Origin: Eubacteriales bacterium
GTDB lineage: Bacteria > Bacillota > Clostridia > Oscillospirales > CAG-272
DNA length: 64,000 bases
NCBI GenBank assembly: GCA_045655185.1
Contig: JAZOOS010000034.1
Span: 8,493-72,492 of the forward strand
Direction: 5' to 3'
Part shown: piece after piece, positions 43,623-54,245 of the stretch
Numbering within the stretch: position 1 is the first letter of the stretch
Layout of the letters: each line of letters opens with the position of its first letter
Notes under the pieces: generated by a model
Told to the model about the DNA's origin: nothing
What the model saw: only the letters and a program-made list of their open reading frames with translations
Database searches by the model: none
Translations under genes and position numbers: made by a program

Positions 43623-43788
43623 ATTTTCCCCCATACAATATTTTAAAAATGTTCGGTATCGAACGGCTTGCATAAACTGTATGTTGACATTTGTTTTCGG
43701 TTTTGATACGTATTATACAGAACATCTTGTTCGATAACGAATATAGTGTATCATAAATTGGCAATGCTGTCAATAAAAAGGGGAGCTT

Positions 43789-44694
43789 ATGAAAAGCGAA
43801 AAAAGAATTCTCTTGGCCTTTCTTTTAAATCTTTTGTTTGCCGTGTTTGAGTTTTTCGGCGGTATCGTTACGGGAAGCGTTGCGATCCTTTCGGATGCTT
43901 TGCACGATATCGGGGATGCTTTCGGTATCGGTACTTCCTTTTTCTTAGAGAAAAAAAGCAAAAAAGGACCCGATGAAGTCTATACCTACGGATACAGGCG
44001 CTTTTCAATTCTCGGCGGTGTTATCACAACGGTGCTTCTTCTTTTCGGCTCGGTTGCGGTCATAGCGTCTGCCATCGGTCGTATCATAGAGCCCGTGGCG
44101 ATCCATTACGACGGCATGATCCTTTTTGCCGTTGTCGGCGTTTTCGTCAATCTTTTTGCGGCGGTATGTACCCGTGAGGGCGGCTCGCTCAATCAAAGGG
44201 CGGTCAATCTTCATATGGTAGAGGATGTGCTTGGTTGGATCGTTGTGCTTATCGGCGCTATCGTTATGCGCTTTACCGATCTTGCGATCCTTGATCCCTT
44301 GCTTTCCTCTTTCGTCGCGCTCTTCCTTCTGTTTAACGCTTGCAAAAATCTTCGGGAAGCGCTTTCCCTTTTCCTGATAAAGATCCCGGGTGGACTTAAT
44401 GTCGAAGAGCTGAAGAGAAAGCTTCTTTCTATTGAAGGCATCGTTGATGTGCATCATATCCACCTATGGAGCCTTGACGGACAACAAAACTTTGCAACCT
44501 TGCACGCCGTGATTGCGAAAGACACGCGCGAAATAAAGGCGGCGATCCGTGAAAAAATGGCGGAATGCGGGGTCGGGCACGTAACGGTTGAGATCGAAGA
44601 GGAGGGCGAGCCTTGCCAAGAGATTTCCTGCCGTATAGGCGATATAGCGGCTACCCCGTGTCACCATCATCACCACCACGAAAGGGTGAGGTAA
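43789..44694 (+). CDS. cation diffusion facilitator family metal efflux transporter (CzcD/ZitB-like)
   Basis: Six TM segments, SDALHDIGD and HMVEDVLGW motifs, and a His-rich tail CHHHHHHE. Confidence 0.9.
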   Translation: MKSEKRILLAFLLNLLFAVFEFFGGIVTGSVAILSDALHDIGDAFGIGTSFFLEKKSKKGPDEVYTYGYRRFSILGGVITTVLLLFGSVAVIASAIGRIIEPVAIHYDGMILFAVVGVFVNLFAAVCTREGGSLNQRAVNLHMVEDVLGWIVVLIGAIVMRFTDLAILDPLLSSFVALFLLFNACKNLREALSLFLIKIPGGLNVEELKRKLLSIEGIVDVHHIHLWSLDGQQNFATLHAVIAKDTREIKAAIREKMAECGVGHVTVEIEEEGEPCQEISCRIGDIAATPCHHHHHHERVR

Positions 44695-44731
44695 AAGGAA
44701 AAGTCCTTCCCGTTGAGGAAGGACTTTTTCT

Positions 44732-45463
44732 TTATTGCTTTTTCATCTGCCGCAAAAAGAGAAGAACGGCCAAAAGGATTGTCGCCGCGGCGTATCCAAG
44801 AACCCACCAAAGGTGCGGAAAAATACAGGCAAAATTTCCCGCCAGCACGGCGCGTTCCAGCTCCACAGCGTGGACGAAGGGAAGCGCGTAGGCGATCTTC
44901 TTAAAGGCGCCGCCGACCAGCTCAAGGTCAAACCAAGTTCCCGAGAGCCAAGCGGATAGATTCGTAAGCAGCGCGCCGCAGATGCCGCCGACCTGCTTAT
45001 CGTTGAGAATACTGCCGAAAAGCAGCCCCAGCGCGATGAAAAGCAAAGAAATGGGGAGAATGAAAAGAACCGCCCATAGGATATTGACGGTTATACCGAG
45101 CCCCAAGATTATGGCAACGATATAACAGATAAGGCTTTGCGCTACGGCAAAGGGAAGGATCGGCAGGGTATAGCCAAGGATAAAATCAAGCGGGGTAAGA
45201 GGGGTGGTATACAACCGTTGAAGCAGAGAGCTTCCGCGGTCCTTTGCGATCAGCGTGGCGGAAAACAGCGTCATAAACGAAAGCCCGAAGACGGTGATCC
45301 CAGGCGTAAGATGCCCGATCTCAAAAAGCGGTACGGGGATATTGGCTTGTATGGCGCTTAAAAGCAGGATCAGGATAAGCGGAAAGCCTAAACCGAAAAG
45401 CAGGGTTAGGGGATCGCGAAGGATCTCCTTCGCGTTTCGCTTGGCAAAGGAAAGCATCTTCAT
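44732..45463 (-). CDS. ABC-2 type transporter permease
   Basis: 243 aa with 6 TM segments. A 4-nt overlap couples it to the upstream ATPase gene. Confidence 0.8.
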   Translation of the reverse strand: MKMLSFAKRNAKEILRDPLTLLFGLGFPLILILLLSAIQANIPVPLFEIGHLTPGITVFGLSFMTLFSATLIAKDRGSSLLQRLYTTPLTPLDFILGYTLPILPFAVAQSLICYIVAIILGLGITVNILWAVLFILPISLLFIALGLLFGSILNDKQVGGICGALLTNLSAWLSGTWFDLELVGGAFKKIAYALPFVHAVELERAVLAGNFACIFPHLWWVLGYAAATILLAVLLFLRQMKKQ

Positions 45464-46188
45464 TTTACATCCCCCTTTACGATACGGATAAAGGCTTGCT
45501 CGAAGCTGGCAACACCCGCCGTTTCTTTAATTTTTTCGGCGGTGTCGCACAAAAGAAGCTTGCCGTCCTTCATGATGGCGATGCGGTCGGAAAGCGCCTC
45601 GGCCTCTTCCATATAGTGTGTGGTCAAGATGATCGTCACGTTTCCCTTTAAAGTGCGGATCAGATCCCAAAGCTCGCTTCGGGCAATGACGTCAAGCCCC
45701 AAGGTCGGTTCGTCGAGAAAGAGGATCTTCGGCTCACTGATCAGCGCCATCGCGATACTAAGGCGCCGTTGCCACCCGCCCGAAAGCTTTCCCGCTTTTC
45801 TCTTTATCACGCTTTGCAGGCCGAGAAGCTCGGTCAGCTCCCCGATCTTCTCGTTTTTCTTTTCCTTGGTAAATCCATGCACACCCGCGATCAGCTCAAG
45901 GTTTTCGCGAACCGTAAGAAAGGGGGCAACGGCGGTTTCTTGCGGCGATACCGCGATCAGCGATTTTACCTCGGCCGTATCCCTTTTTATGCTTTTCCCA
46001 AGCAAATAAGCATCACCCTCCGAAGGTGTGGTGAGGCAAGAAAGCATTTTGATGGTAGTGGTCTTGCCGGCGCCGTTTACGCCAAGCAGGGCGAAAAGCT
46101 CTCCTTCTTCAATACAAAGAGAAAGGCTGTCTACCGCCAAAACATCACGGTAACGCTTTGTAAGCCCTTCGATTTTAATAGCGTGCAT
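45460..46188 (-). CDS. ABC transporter ATP-binding protein
   Basis: Walker A GVNGAGKTT, signature LSGGWQRR and Walker B LFLDEPT. Confidence 0.9.
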   Translation of the reverse strand: MHAIKIEGLTKRYRDVLAVDSLSLCIEEGELFALLGVNGAGKTTTIKMLSCLTTPSEGDAYLLGKSIKRDTAEVKSLIAVSPQETAVAPFLTVRENLELIAGVHGFTKEKKNEKIGELTELLGLQSVIKRKAGKLSGGWQRRLSIAMALISEPKILFLDEPTLGLDVIARSELWDLIRTLKGNVTIILTTHYMEEAEALSDRIAIMKDGKLLLCDTAEKIKETAGVASFEQAFIRIVKGDVK

Positions 46189-46752
46189 TTATTTTCCCTC
46201 CGTTATGTGTCTATGTCGAATTCCTTGATATAGGTCGGTCAGCATATCACTGATAAGCTTTTCCTCAAAGGGGAAAAACGAGGTGGCAAGCATGGTTCCG
46301 ATGCCATGCACGGCAATCCACATTTCAAGGTGCATACGCTCGGCCTTTTCCTTCGTTACGCCGTTCGCTTTCATGATCATTTGTACCGATTCTTCAAAAT
46401 CGGGCGAAAAAGAGGCTTCCTCCTTCGTGCGGTCACGCATAAACAAAAGCTTAAAAAGCTCCTTTTCTTCCTTGGCGAAGCGGATATAAGCCATACCGAA
46501 CGCCTTGTAGGTCGGATATTTTCCGCTTTCGGCTTCGTTTTTAAGAAAAGCAAGATAGCGCTCGTAGGCCGATAAAATAAGTGCCCCCTTCAATTCCTCC
46601 ATCGTGGAAAAATTCGAGAATATGGGCTGTGTTGAGCAGGCAAGCGAAGAGGCGATCGCCCGCGCGTTGATCGAGCCCTCGCCGCTTTCTCTTACAAGCT
46701 TTAAAGCAGTTTTTATAATATCCTCTTTCGTAATCTTTACTCGTGGCGGCAT
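46189..46752 (-). CDS. TetR/AcrR family transcriptional regulator
   Basis: N-terminal TetR HTH. Directly abuts the ABC ATPase gene. Confidence 0.8.
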   Translation of the reverse strand: MPPRVKITKEDIIKTALKLVRESGEGSINARAIASSLACSTQPIFSNFSTMEELKGALILSAYERYLAFLKNEAESGKYPTYKAFGMAYIRFAKEEKELFKLLFMRDRTKEEASFSPDFEESVQMIMKANGVTKEKAERMHLEMWIAVHGIGTMLATSFFPFEEKLISDMLTDLYQGIRHRHITEGK

Positions 46753-46951
46753 AATAACCCCCCTTTTTTATATATCGTTCGTTATATATCTATCGTTATT
46801 TTATCGCAGAACCTGATTTTTGTCAAGAGGGAAGAAGACTTTTTTGAATGTTTTTAAATATCTTTCACGTTCGGCTTGCATTTCCCCCCATTCGGGTGTA
46901 TACTGTAAACAGGAAGACAGTAAGGCTTCCAATACGTCTTGTGAGGCAGAT

Positions 46952-47611
46952 ATGAATCAACACAAAGAATTGCGCATGTTCGGTTGCTCCTTTTTGGCGC
47001 TCTTCCTACTCTTTCTCTTTACCTATTTGTTGGCGGGGCGCATCCCTGTGACCGAGGCGGTGATCTTCGGCGGGCTTTTGATGCTTTGCGCCATTCCTTT
47101 GCATATAGCGGGGCGGTTTTGGCTCCCCTCGTACGCCTTCAGCGTCGCCGTCAATATGCTGGGCTGCGCCTTCTATATCTCGGCTTATTATACCTCGGTC
47201 GGGGCAAAGGCCACCTTCCTTTCGCTCTTTCTTTCGGTCTTGGCGCCCATCCTTTACCTTAGCGTTTTGCACCTTTTTGTTTATCTGTTTCCCAACAACC
47301 ACAAGACCTTCTGCGTCCTCGGTACGCTGCTTACGCTTCTTGGGATCCTTGTTTACGTCGTTCTTTGGATCGTTACGGGGCGTGATTCCTGTAGCTTCGG
47401 CTTCTTTGCGATGATCATCTGCTTTACGATGACCTTGGCGCTTTCTTACACCCTGCATAAAAACGAGCCGTGGGTGCTGCGCTACGCTTCCTTGGCGGGC
47501 TTCGGGTATTTTTCCTTGATCGCGATCGTCGCCTTGGCGATCCTGAGTGAAGGCGGCCTTCTGGAAGACCTTGATTTGAAGATCGATTGGAACCGCAGAA
47601 AGAAATCGTAA
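46952..47611 (+). CDS. hypothetical polytopic membrane protein
   Basis: The ATG at 46952 follows GAGG. Six or seven hydrophobic segments. Confidence 0.5.
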   Translation: MNQHKELRMFGCSFLALFLLFLFTYLLAGRIPVTEAVIFGGLLMLCAIPLHIAGRFWLPSYAFSVAVNMLGCAFYISAYYTSVGAKATFLSLFLSVLAPILYLSVLHLFVYLFPNNHKTFCVLGTLLTLLGILVYVVLWIVTGRDSCSFGFFAMIICFTMTLALSYTLHKNEPWVLRYASLAGFGYFSLIAIVALAILSEGGLLEDLDLKIDWNRRKKS

Positions 47612-47802
47612 AATGCTTTTTGTGCTAAAACCCAACACCAAAGCCCCGCTTTTTAAAGGGGCTTTTTCGTTTAAAACGATTTAACGCTTGAAAGCGGTGA
47701 AAAGGGCTTTTTTGGGGGAAAACTTTCTTTTTTACGCTTGATTTTGCTAAAGCTGCGTGTTATAATGAATTGATAAAAAATGCCCGAAAAGGATAAGCGT
47801 AT

Positions 47803-48924
47803 ATGGATAAAGAGCAGATAAAACGGTATGCCGACGAAGCGCATCGGCTGATGCGTGAGCTTTGCGCCATTCCCGCCCCCTCGCATTTTGAGGACGAGCG
47901 GGCGGCGTATTGCTATAAGTATCTGAAAGAAATCGGGTACGAAAGGGTCTATATCGACGAAGCAAAGAACGTCGTGTGCGAGGCCTTCGGCGAAGATCTT
48001 ACCGATATAACCGTTTTTGCCGCGCATACCGATACGGTTTTCCCGGACAAAGAGCCGATGCCCTATTACGAAAAGGAGGGCATCGCCTATTGCCCCGGTG
48101 TCGGGGACGATACGGCCAGCCTCGCCGTGCTGCTTGCGGCGGCTAAATATTGCAAGGATACAAGCATCCGATCCAAGCGTTCGATGCTTTTTGTGTGCAA
48201 TTCGTGCGAGGAGGGGCTGGGAAACCTTAAAGGGATCCGTGCTCTTTGCGAAAAATACGGCGCTAAAATGGGGCGCTTTATTACCTTTGACAGTCAGACC
48301 GCGCTGATGGTGACCAAATGCGTTGGCTCTCACCGTTATCTCGTTCGTGCCAAAACGGCGGGTGGGCATTCCTTTAACCGCTTTGGGAATAGGAACGCGA
48401 TCGCCGCTCTTGCCGAAATTATTCAAGCGATCTATGCGATCGAGGTACCGCAAAAAGAAGGGACAAAGACTACCTATAACGTCGGTACGATCAAGGGGGG
48501 CACCAGCGTAAACACCATCGCCGAGGATGCCGAAATGCTTTGCGAATACCGTTCCGACGAGGTTACTTGCTTGGAAGCCATGCAAGAAAAGTTTCAAACG
48601 ATCTTTCAAAATGCCAATCAAGACGGTGTTGCTATCTCGGTTGAGCGGGTGGGAGACCGCCCTTGCAGCCGTGGAGTGGACGAAGAAAAGCTTGCCGAGC
48701 TTATAAAGGGGTCGCGCGCGATTATTGAAGCCATAACGGGAGAAAGCATCCGCTTGGATCCCGGCTCGACCGATTGCAATATTCCGATGTCCATGGGGAT
48801 CCCGTCGGTTGCCGTGGGGGTTTATCGCGGAGACCGTTCGCACACCCGCGACGAATGGGTGGAGATAGCCAGTCTTCACGACGGCATCGAGATCGCCGTT
48901 TCTCTGATGAAAAAATATCTGTGA
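47803..48924 (+). CDS. M20 family metallopeptidase/deacylase
   Basis: AAHTDTVF and GVGDDTAS metal-binding motifs. Confidence 0.8.
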   Translation: MDKEQIKRYADEAHRLMRELCAIPAPSHFEDERAAYCYKYLKEIGYERVYIDEAKNVVCEAFGEDLTDITVFAAHTDTVFPDKEPMPYYEKEGIAYCPGVGDDTASLAVLLAAAKYCKDTSIRSKRSMLFVCNSCEEGLGNLKGIRALCEKYGAKMGRFITFDSQTALMVTKCVGSHRYLVRAKTAGGHSFNRFGNRNAIAALAEIIQAIYAIEVPQKEGTKTTYNVGTIKGGTSVNTIAEDAEMLCEYRSDEVTCLEAMQEKFQTIFQNANQDGVAISVERVGDRPCSRGVDEEKLAELIKGSRAIIEAITGESIRLDPGSTDCNIPMSMGIPSVAVGVYRGDRSHTRDEWVEIASLHDGIEIAVSLMKKYL

Positions 48925-48951
48925 AGTTTCTTTTGCAAAAGGAGAGAGAAA

Positions 48952-49239
48952 ATGACGCATGAAGAGAACGTGGAGCTGCTTTGTAAGGCTATGCTCCTCT
49001 TAAAGACCGAGGGGGAATGCAACGCCTTTTTGGATGACCTTTGCAGCAAGGCCGAGAAAGAGGAGATGGCGCGTCGCTTCCGCGTTGCGCTTCTTCTCAA
49101 GGAAGGGCACCTTTATAACGATATCGTGGCCGAGACCGGGCTTTCGACCGCCACGATCAGTCGCGTCAGCCGTTGCTTAAAGCGTGACGGTGGCTATAAG
49201 CTTCTCTTAAAGCGCTTAGAGGAAGATTGCGGTGAGTGA
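48952..49239 (+). CDS. YerC/YecD family TrpR-related protein
   Basis: 95 aa with the HTH YNDIVAETGLSTATISRVSRCL. Confidence 0.75.
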   Translation: MTHEENVELLCKAMLLLKTEGECNAFLDDLCSKAEKEEMARRFRVALLLKEGHLYNDIVAETGLSTATISRVSRCLKRDGGYKLLLKRLEEDCGE

Positions 49240-50002
49240 GGGGATCTATAGCCTGCTTGCCCCCTATTATGACCTTTGGAACGCAGACCTTGATTATTCC
49301 CGCTGGGCTGACGGGGTTGAAAATGCCTTTTTAAAGCACTTTAACGGGAAGGTCGACGCGGTGCTTGATCTTGGGTGCGGTAGTGGCCGTATGACGGTGG
49401 AGCTGGCAAAACGCGGCTACGATATGATCGGGGTCGATCTGTCGCACGAGATGCTGAATATCGCACGTGAGAAGGCGATCGAGAATGGGGTAGACGAGCG
49501 TATTCTTTGGCTTTGCCAACCGATGCAGGGCTTTGAGCTTTACGGGACGGTAGAGGCGGTTGTATGCTGCCTTGACACTCTTAATCATCTTCCCACGCTC
49601 TCCGAGCTTCGGGAATGCTTTTCCTTGGTGCATAATTATCTCGTACCGGGCGGCCTTTTCCTTTTTGACGTTAACAGCCCTTATAAATTCAAGCATATCT
49701 ACGGCAATAACACCTATACCTTCGAAGAAGAGGACGCGGTTTGTATCTGGCAGAATGAATATTCCGAGAAAAGCCGCAGCGTGATCTTTGATATTACGCT
49801 TTTCACCAAGGAAGAAGGCGGGCTTTACCGCAGGGATAACGATTTTTGCCGTGAAAAAATGTATACCGAAAGGATCCTGCGCCGAGAGCTTGCGACGGCG
49901 GGCTTTACGACCCTTTCGGTGGGAGATGCCCCTTATATCGATGGGGCCGATAAAATGTGTGAGCGTCTCTTCTTTGCGGCGCGCGCCGAAAAAGATCAAT
50001 AA
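49232..50002 (+). CDS. class I SAM-dependent methyltransferase
   Basis: VLDLGCGSGR motif I. Confidence 0.8.
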   Translation: MSEGIYSLLAPYYDLWNADLDYSRWADGVENAFLKHFNGKVDAVLDLGCGSGRMTVELAKRGYDMIGVDLSHEMLNIAREKAIENGVDERILWLCQPMQGFELYGTVEAVVCCLDTLNHLPTLSELRECFSLVHNYLVPGGLFLFDVNSPYKFKHIYGNNTYTFEEEDAVCIWQNEYSEKSRSVIFDITLFTKEEGGLYRRDNDFCREKMYTERILRRELATAGFTTLSVGDAPYIDGADKMCERLFFAARAEKDQ

Positions 50003-50015
50003 ACGAGGATAGAAA

Positions 50016-50891
50016 ATGGGTAAGCTTTTACGGGGCATGTCGCAAGACGGTAGCGCCCGCATTCTGGTGCTGGATTCCACCGATATCGTGAACACCGCGA
50101 TTTCGTATCATAACACCGAGCCGACGGCGAGTGCCGCCCTCGGCCGCCTTTTGACTGCCGCTTCGATGGTGGGGTCGCTGATGGGCGAAGAAAAGAACCG
50201 CATCACTTTTTCGCTGAGCGGGGACGGCCCGATCGGTAAGATGTTGGCCGTTGCCGATTATTTCGGGAACGTAAAGGGATATATCGAAAACCCGATGGCC
50301 GACCCGCCGCGTAAGGCCAACAAAAAGCTGGACGTCGGCGCCGCTGTCGGACAGGGAACGCTTTCGGTCATACGTGAGGACGGGGAAGGGGAGCCGCATA
50401 TCGGTACGGTCGCTTTGCAAAGCGGCGAGATCGCCGAGGATATTACGCGCTATTTTGCGGAAAGCGAGCAGGTGCCCACCCTTTGCGCCCTTGGCGTCAC
50501 CGTCGATCGGGATAAGACCTGCCTTTCGGCAGGCGGGGTGTTGGTGCAGCTTTTGCCCTTCGCGGATCCTGAGGTCATTACGCATTTAGAGGAAAACGCC
50601 CGCAACCTTTCGGATATCTCTCGCCTTTTCTCCAACAAAATGAGCGTTGGCGATATCGCCGAGATCGCGATGAAAAATATCCCCTTCGACGTCTTTGACG
50701 AGTTGCAAACCGCCTACGTCTGCGATTGCAGCCGCGAGCGTATGCATAAAGGCATCCTGCGCGTTGGCGAGAAGGAAATTTTGCAAATGCTTGATGAGGA
50801 GGAGGCCGAGGGGCATCCCCGCGAGTTGGAGGCCTTTTGTCGCTTTTGCGGAAAGAAATACCGCTTCACCGAAAAAGAATTGATCGAATAA
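50016..50891 (+). CDS. hslO: Hsp33 family redox-regulated chaperone
   Basis: C-terminal zinc centre CDCS...CRFCG. Confidence 0.9.
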   Translation: MGKLLRGMSQDGSARILVLDSTDIVNTAISYHNTEPTASAALGRLLTAASMVGSLMGEEKNRITFSLSGDGPIGKMLAVADYFGNVKGYIENPMADPPRKANKKLDVGAAVGQGTLSVIREDGEGEPHIGTVALQSGEIAEDITRYFAESEQVPTLCALGVTVDRDKTCLSAGGVLVQLLPFADPEVITHLEENARNLSDISRLFSNKMSVGDIAEIAMKNIPFDVFDELQTAYVCDCSRERMHKGILRVGEKEILQMLDEEEAEGHPRELEAFCRFCGKKYRFTEKELIE

Positions 50892-51049
50892 AAGACAGGC
50901 GAACGGATTTGGAGCAGAAATTGCCGTTTTCTTTCTGTTAGGCGTACTTTCGTACGTCGAAAAATGAAAGCGGCGATAGCAAACAAAATTTTAATAAATT
51001 CTTGGGAAATGAATTTCCCAAGAAAGCCGACAGAATACGGAAAATATAA

Positions 51050-51084
51050 AAAAGAGTTGCACTGCAAGTCAGTACAACTCTTTT
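51050..51084. terminator. bidirectional terminator hairpin
   Basis: AAAAGAGTTG...CAACTCTTTT. Confidence 0.5.
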
Positions 51085-51117
51085 TGTTTGCGGTTATGCC
51101 AAAATGCGACAGCCCGT

Positions 51118-51534
51118 TTATTTAGAGGCCGCTTTAATAGCAAGCTCAGAGCCGTAATAAACGATCGAGCCGATCTGCTTGATCTTCCAATCCTCTTTAT
51201 AATTGGAACGGTCTTTGGCGTATTCTTCTACGTCGTCGAACTCGGCTTTGGCGTGATCAGCGGTTTCAAAGTAGATGATCGCCACGTACTCGCCGTCCTT
51301 TTCACCGGTTACGACCGAGGTGAAATCGTCAACATCGGCGGCGTAAAGCCCAATGAGGAGAACCGATTCTGCGCCATCGGTATCGTATTTTGCTGCACGA
51401 TACTCGTTTCTTTCAAGGTTGGCTTTCGCGTCAAAGGGATCGGTCGGCGGGAAGAGACCACATGAGGTAAGCGCTACGCAAGAAAGAATGAGAACGGTGA
51501 TGAGGGAAAGAATGCGGATCATGGTTTTTTTCAT
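51118..51534 (-). CDS. putative lipoprotein
   Basis: Signal peptide with the lipobox LTSCG. Confidence 0.6.
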   Translation of the reverse strand: MKKTMIRILSLITVLILSCVALTSCGLFPPTDPFDAKANLERNEYRAAKYDTDGAESVLLIGLYAADVDDFTSVVTGEKDGEYVAIIYFETADHAKAEFDDVEEYAKDRSNYKEDWKIKQIGSIVYYGSELAIKAASK

Positions 51535-51610
51535 AGTATTTACCTCCTTGTTAGGTAGTTTGATTATAGCATATTTTATAAGAAATTACAAGATACTTCG
51601 GAAAAAAAGA

Positions 51611-52768
51611 TCAAAGATCCCGCTTCGCGCCCTTAAAGGGGTGATGAAGCACGTTGATCACCTCTTCAAAGTCCTCGTCCGAAAGGATGGTCGTGGGGGT
51701 CTGGCGAGGCGGCATAGCCTCTTCCTCTTCCTTTTTCTTTTCCTCACGCCCGGCGAAGAAGCTGTCGATCGCGCTTCTTTCGGGGGCACGTTGCATCGCA
51801 ACCGGATGCTTCGCCCCTTCAAAGCCCGTGGCGATGATGGTAATACGCATCTCGTCGGAAAGCGTGGGATCGAAGGTTGCCCCCCAGATGATATTGGCAT
51901 CGGGGTGGCTTTCGCGCGCGATAAGATCGGATGCCAGGGAAATATCGTCGAGCGGCACGTCAGGCGCGCCCGTAATACTGACGAGAATACCGGTCGCCCC
52001 GGCGATCGAGGTTTCAAGAAGGGGAGAGCAGATGGCTTGCTTGGCAGCCATCTCGGCCTTATCGGCACCGCGCCCGATGCCAACCCCCATGTGGGCAAAG
52101 CCCGCATCCTTCATAATGGTGCTAACGTCGGCAAAGTCGAGGTTGATAAAGCCGGGTACGTTGATCAGCTCGGAAACGCTGCTAACACCTTGAAGCAGAA
52201 CGTTATCGGCGATACGGAAGGCGTTGGCTAAGGTGATCTTATCCTCGGAAACCTGCTTTAAGCGATCGTTGGGGATCACGATCAGCGAGTCAACCTCTTG
52301 GCGGAGCGCTTCGATACCGGCCTCGGCCTGCGTATTGCGCTTTTTTCCCTCAAAGGAGAAGGGCATCGTTACGATACCGACCGTCAAGATCCCCGCTTCG
52401 TGCGCTTCGTGCGCGATAACGGGGGCAGCGCCCGTACCGGTTCCGCCACCCATACCGGCGGTGACAAAGATCATATCGGCGCCCGCGATCGCCTCGCGGA
52501 TGGCTTCGATATCCTCTTCGGCGGCCTTGCGGCCGATCTCGGGATTTGAGCCCGCGCCGCGGCCGTGCGTGACCGTGCGCCCGATCTCGATCTTCGTAGA
52601 GGCGCGGGAGGCGTTTAAGGCCTGCCCGTCGGTATTTACGGCGATAAACTCTACGCCGTGTATATTGTTGGAGATCATCCATTCAACGGCGTTGTTCCCA
52701 CCGCCGCCGACCCCGAATACCTTAATGGTGATACCCGAGCCGGAGATCTTTTCGTTAAAATCTTCCAT
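51611..52768 (-). CDS. ftsZ: cell division protein FtsZ
   Basis: [10 protein letters not shown] and [13 protein letters not shown] motifs. Confidence 0.95.
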   Translation of the reverse strand: MEDFNEKISGSGITIKVFGVGGGGNNAVEWMISNNIHGVEFIAVNTDGQALNASRASTKIEIGRTVTHGRGAGSNPEIGRKAAEEDIEAIREAIAGADMIFVTAGMGGGTGTGAAPVIAHEAHEAGILTVGIVTMPFSFEGKKRNTQAEAGIEALRQEVDSLIVIPNDRLKQVSEDKITLANAFRIADNVLLQGVSSVSELINVPGFINLDFADVSTIMKDAGFAHMGVGIGRGADKAEMAAKQAICSPLLETSIAGATGILVSITGAPDVPLDDISLASDLIARESHPDANIIWGATFDPTLSDEMRITIIATGFEGAKHPVAMQRAPERSAIDSFFAGREEKKKEEEEAMPPRQTPTTILSDEDFEEVINVLHHPFKGAKRDL

Positions 52769-52852
52769 AGGGACTCCTTTCCCATATATATTACTTTATA
52801 CATTTATTATACCATTTTCGACAAGGATTGCAACCCTTTCTTTAAAATTATT

Positions 52853-53293
52853 TTAAAGAAGAGAAAGAAGCTCCTCAATTTCCCCCTCGCTGAAAATCGG
52901 GATTCCCGCTTCCCGAAAGAGGGCGGCAGTGACCCCATTCCCATCGGTGAGGGTACGCGAAAAGCTGCCGTCGTAGATCCTTCCTTTTCCGCAAGAGGGG
53001 CTTTTATCCCGCAGAATGATCCCTTGGGCGTTATAGAGCCTTGCAAGAGAAAGCGCTTCCTCGGCCCCCTTTCGGTAGGCGGCGCTTACGTCGACCCCAT
53101 TCGCGTTTATAACGCGATCGCCTACGATCTCGGCGGGCGGACGCGGGGTAGAAAGACCCCCGAGGATCTCGGGGCAAACGGGAATAAGCGTTGCCTTTTC
53201 CATAAGCCTTTTTACCAAAGGGGAAATCGGCTTGCTTTGCCCGTCGTAGCGGCACGCGCATCCAAGAAGGCAGGCGCTGATAAGATAAATCAT
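52853..53293 (-). CDS. DUF523-like protein (2-thiouracil desulfurase-like family)
   Basis: MIYLISACLLGCACRYDG...SPSCG cysteine pattern. ATG at 53293. Confidence 0.65.
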   Translation of the reverse strand: MIYLISACLLGCACRYDGQSKPISPLVKRLMEKATLIPVCPEILGGLSTPRPPAEIVGDRVINANGVDVSAAYRKGAEEALSLARLYNAQGIILRDKSPSCGKGRIYDGSFSRTLTDGNGVTAALFREAGIPIFSEGEIEELLSLL

Positions 53294-53372
53294 AGAAAAT
53301 GCTCTCTTTCGTTGACAGTTTGAAAAAAGTATGCTACAATGCAACATACACGCAAAAAACAAGGAGAACGCT

Positions 53373-54215
53373 ATGGAAAAGGAAATGCGATACGCCCTTC
53401 GCTATCGCCGCGCTACGGCCGATCTCGGCTTCGTTGCGGTGTTGGCCATCGTGAATCTCGTCATCAGCCTTTCGGGCGGGGCGATGTATTTCTTTTTTGC
53501 CGCCTTTTCACCGACGGCGACTTTTCTGTACGGCAAATCGATCGGGATCGCAACCGGGGAAACGCTGTTTATCACCGCAGGGATCTTTCTTTCCTTCTGC
53601 CTTTGCGCCCTTTACGTGTATCTTTGGTATAAGGCGAAGAAAAATTACGGCGCCTTAGCCGTCGCTGCGGCGCTTTACGGGCTTGATACTCTTTTGATCT
53701 TTGCTTTTTCCTTGCTCGGCTACGGCACGCTCGGCTTTATCGATACCGCCGCCCATCTTTTTATCATATATAATCTGTGCCGCGGATTTCTCGGCGGCCG
53801 CGCGCTTTCAAGGATCACAAGGCTTGATAAAACCGAGGTGGAAGCCCTTTTTCGCCGCTTGCTGGAAAACAGCGAGGGAGAAACGTTTTTTGCCGAAGAA
53901 AACGGGGAAGAGAATACCCCCCCTCTTCCCGAAAGCCAACCGCTTCGCCCCGCCAAGGCGCGCAAGCATTGCTTCTTCGATACCGTCTACGAGGGAATGC
54001 ATATTGCAGCCTACCGTTCCTTCGGCCGTACCGAGCTTGTGATCAACGGCTATGTGTATGACGAGATACGGGGCATCGTCGAGGTCGCTTACCGTTTAGA
54101 GGCGGTCGTTTTCGGCCACCGCGTTACCCTTGTGATGGAACCGGGGATGACGAGCGCCGATATGGTGCTTTCGGTTGACGGAAAAGAGATCGGGCGCATA
54201 ACGAGAACGCATTAA
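53373..54215 (+). CDS. hypothetical membrane protein with a soluble C-terminal domain
   Basis: The ATG at 53373 follows AAGGAG. Four or five TM segments. Confidence 0.5.
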   Translation: MEKEMRYALRYRRATADLGFVAVLAIVNLVISLSGGAMYFFFAAFSPTATFLYGKSIGIATGETLFITAGIFLSFCLCALYVYLWYKAKKNYGALAVAAALYGLDTLLIFAFSLLGYGTLGFIDTAAHLFIIYNLCRGFLGGRALSRITRLDKTEVEALFRRLLENSEGETFFAEENGEENTPPLPESQPLRPAKARKHCFFDTVYEGMHIAAYRSFGRTELVINGYVYDEIRGIVEVAYRLEAVVFGHRVTLVMEPGMTSADMVLSVDGKEIGRITRTH

Positions 54216-54218
54216 AGG

Positions 54219-54245
54219 AAAAACGGCAACCGCCGTTTTTCTTTT
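54219..54245. terminator. bidirectional terminator
   Basis: AAACGGC-AACC-GCCGTTT with flanking A- and T-runs. Confidence 0.5.

Noticed and set aside
43623-43788. NiCo (czcD-motif) riboswitch upstream of the CDF exporter
   Set aside because: The leader is short and AT-rich and lacks the conserved G/C-rich four-way-junction core. Palindromic operator-like sites fit protein-based control better.
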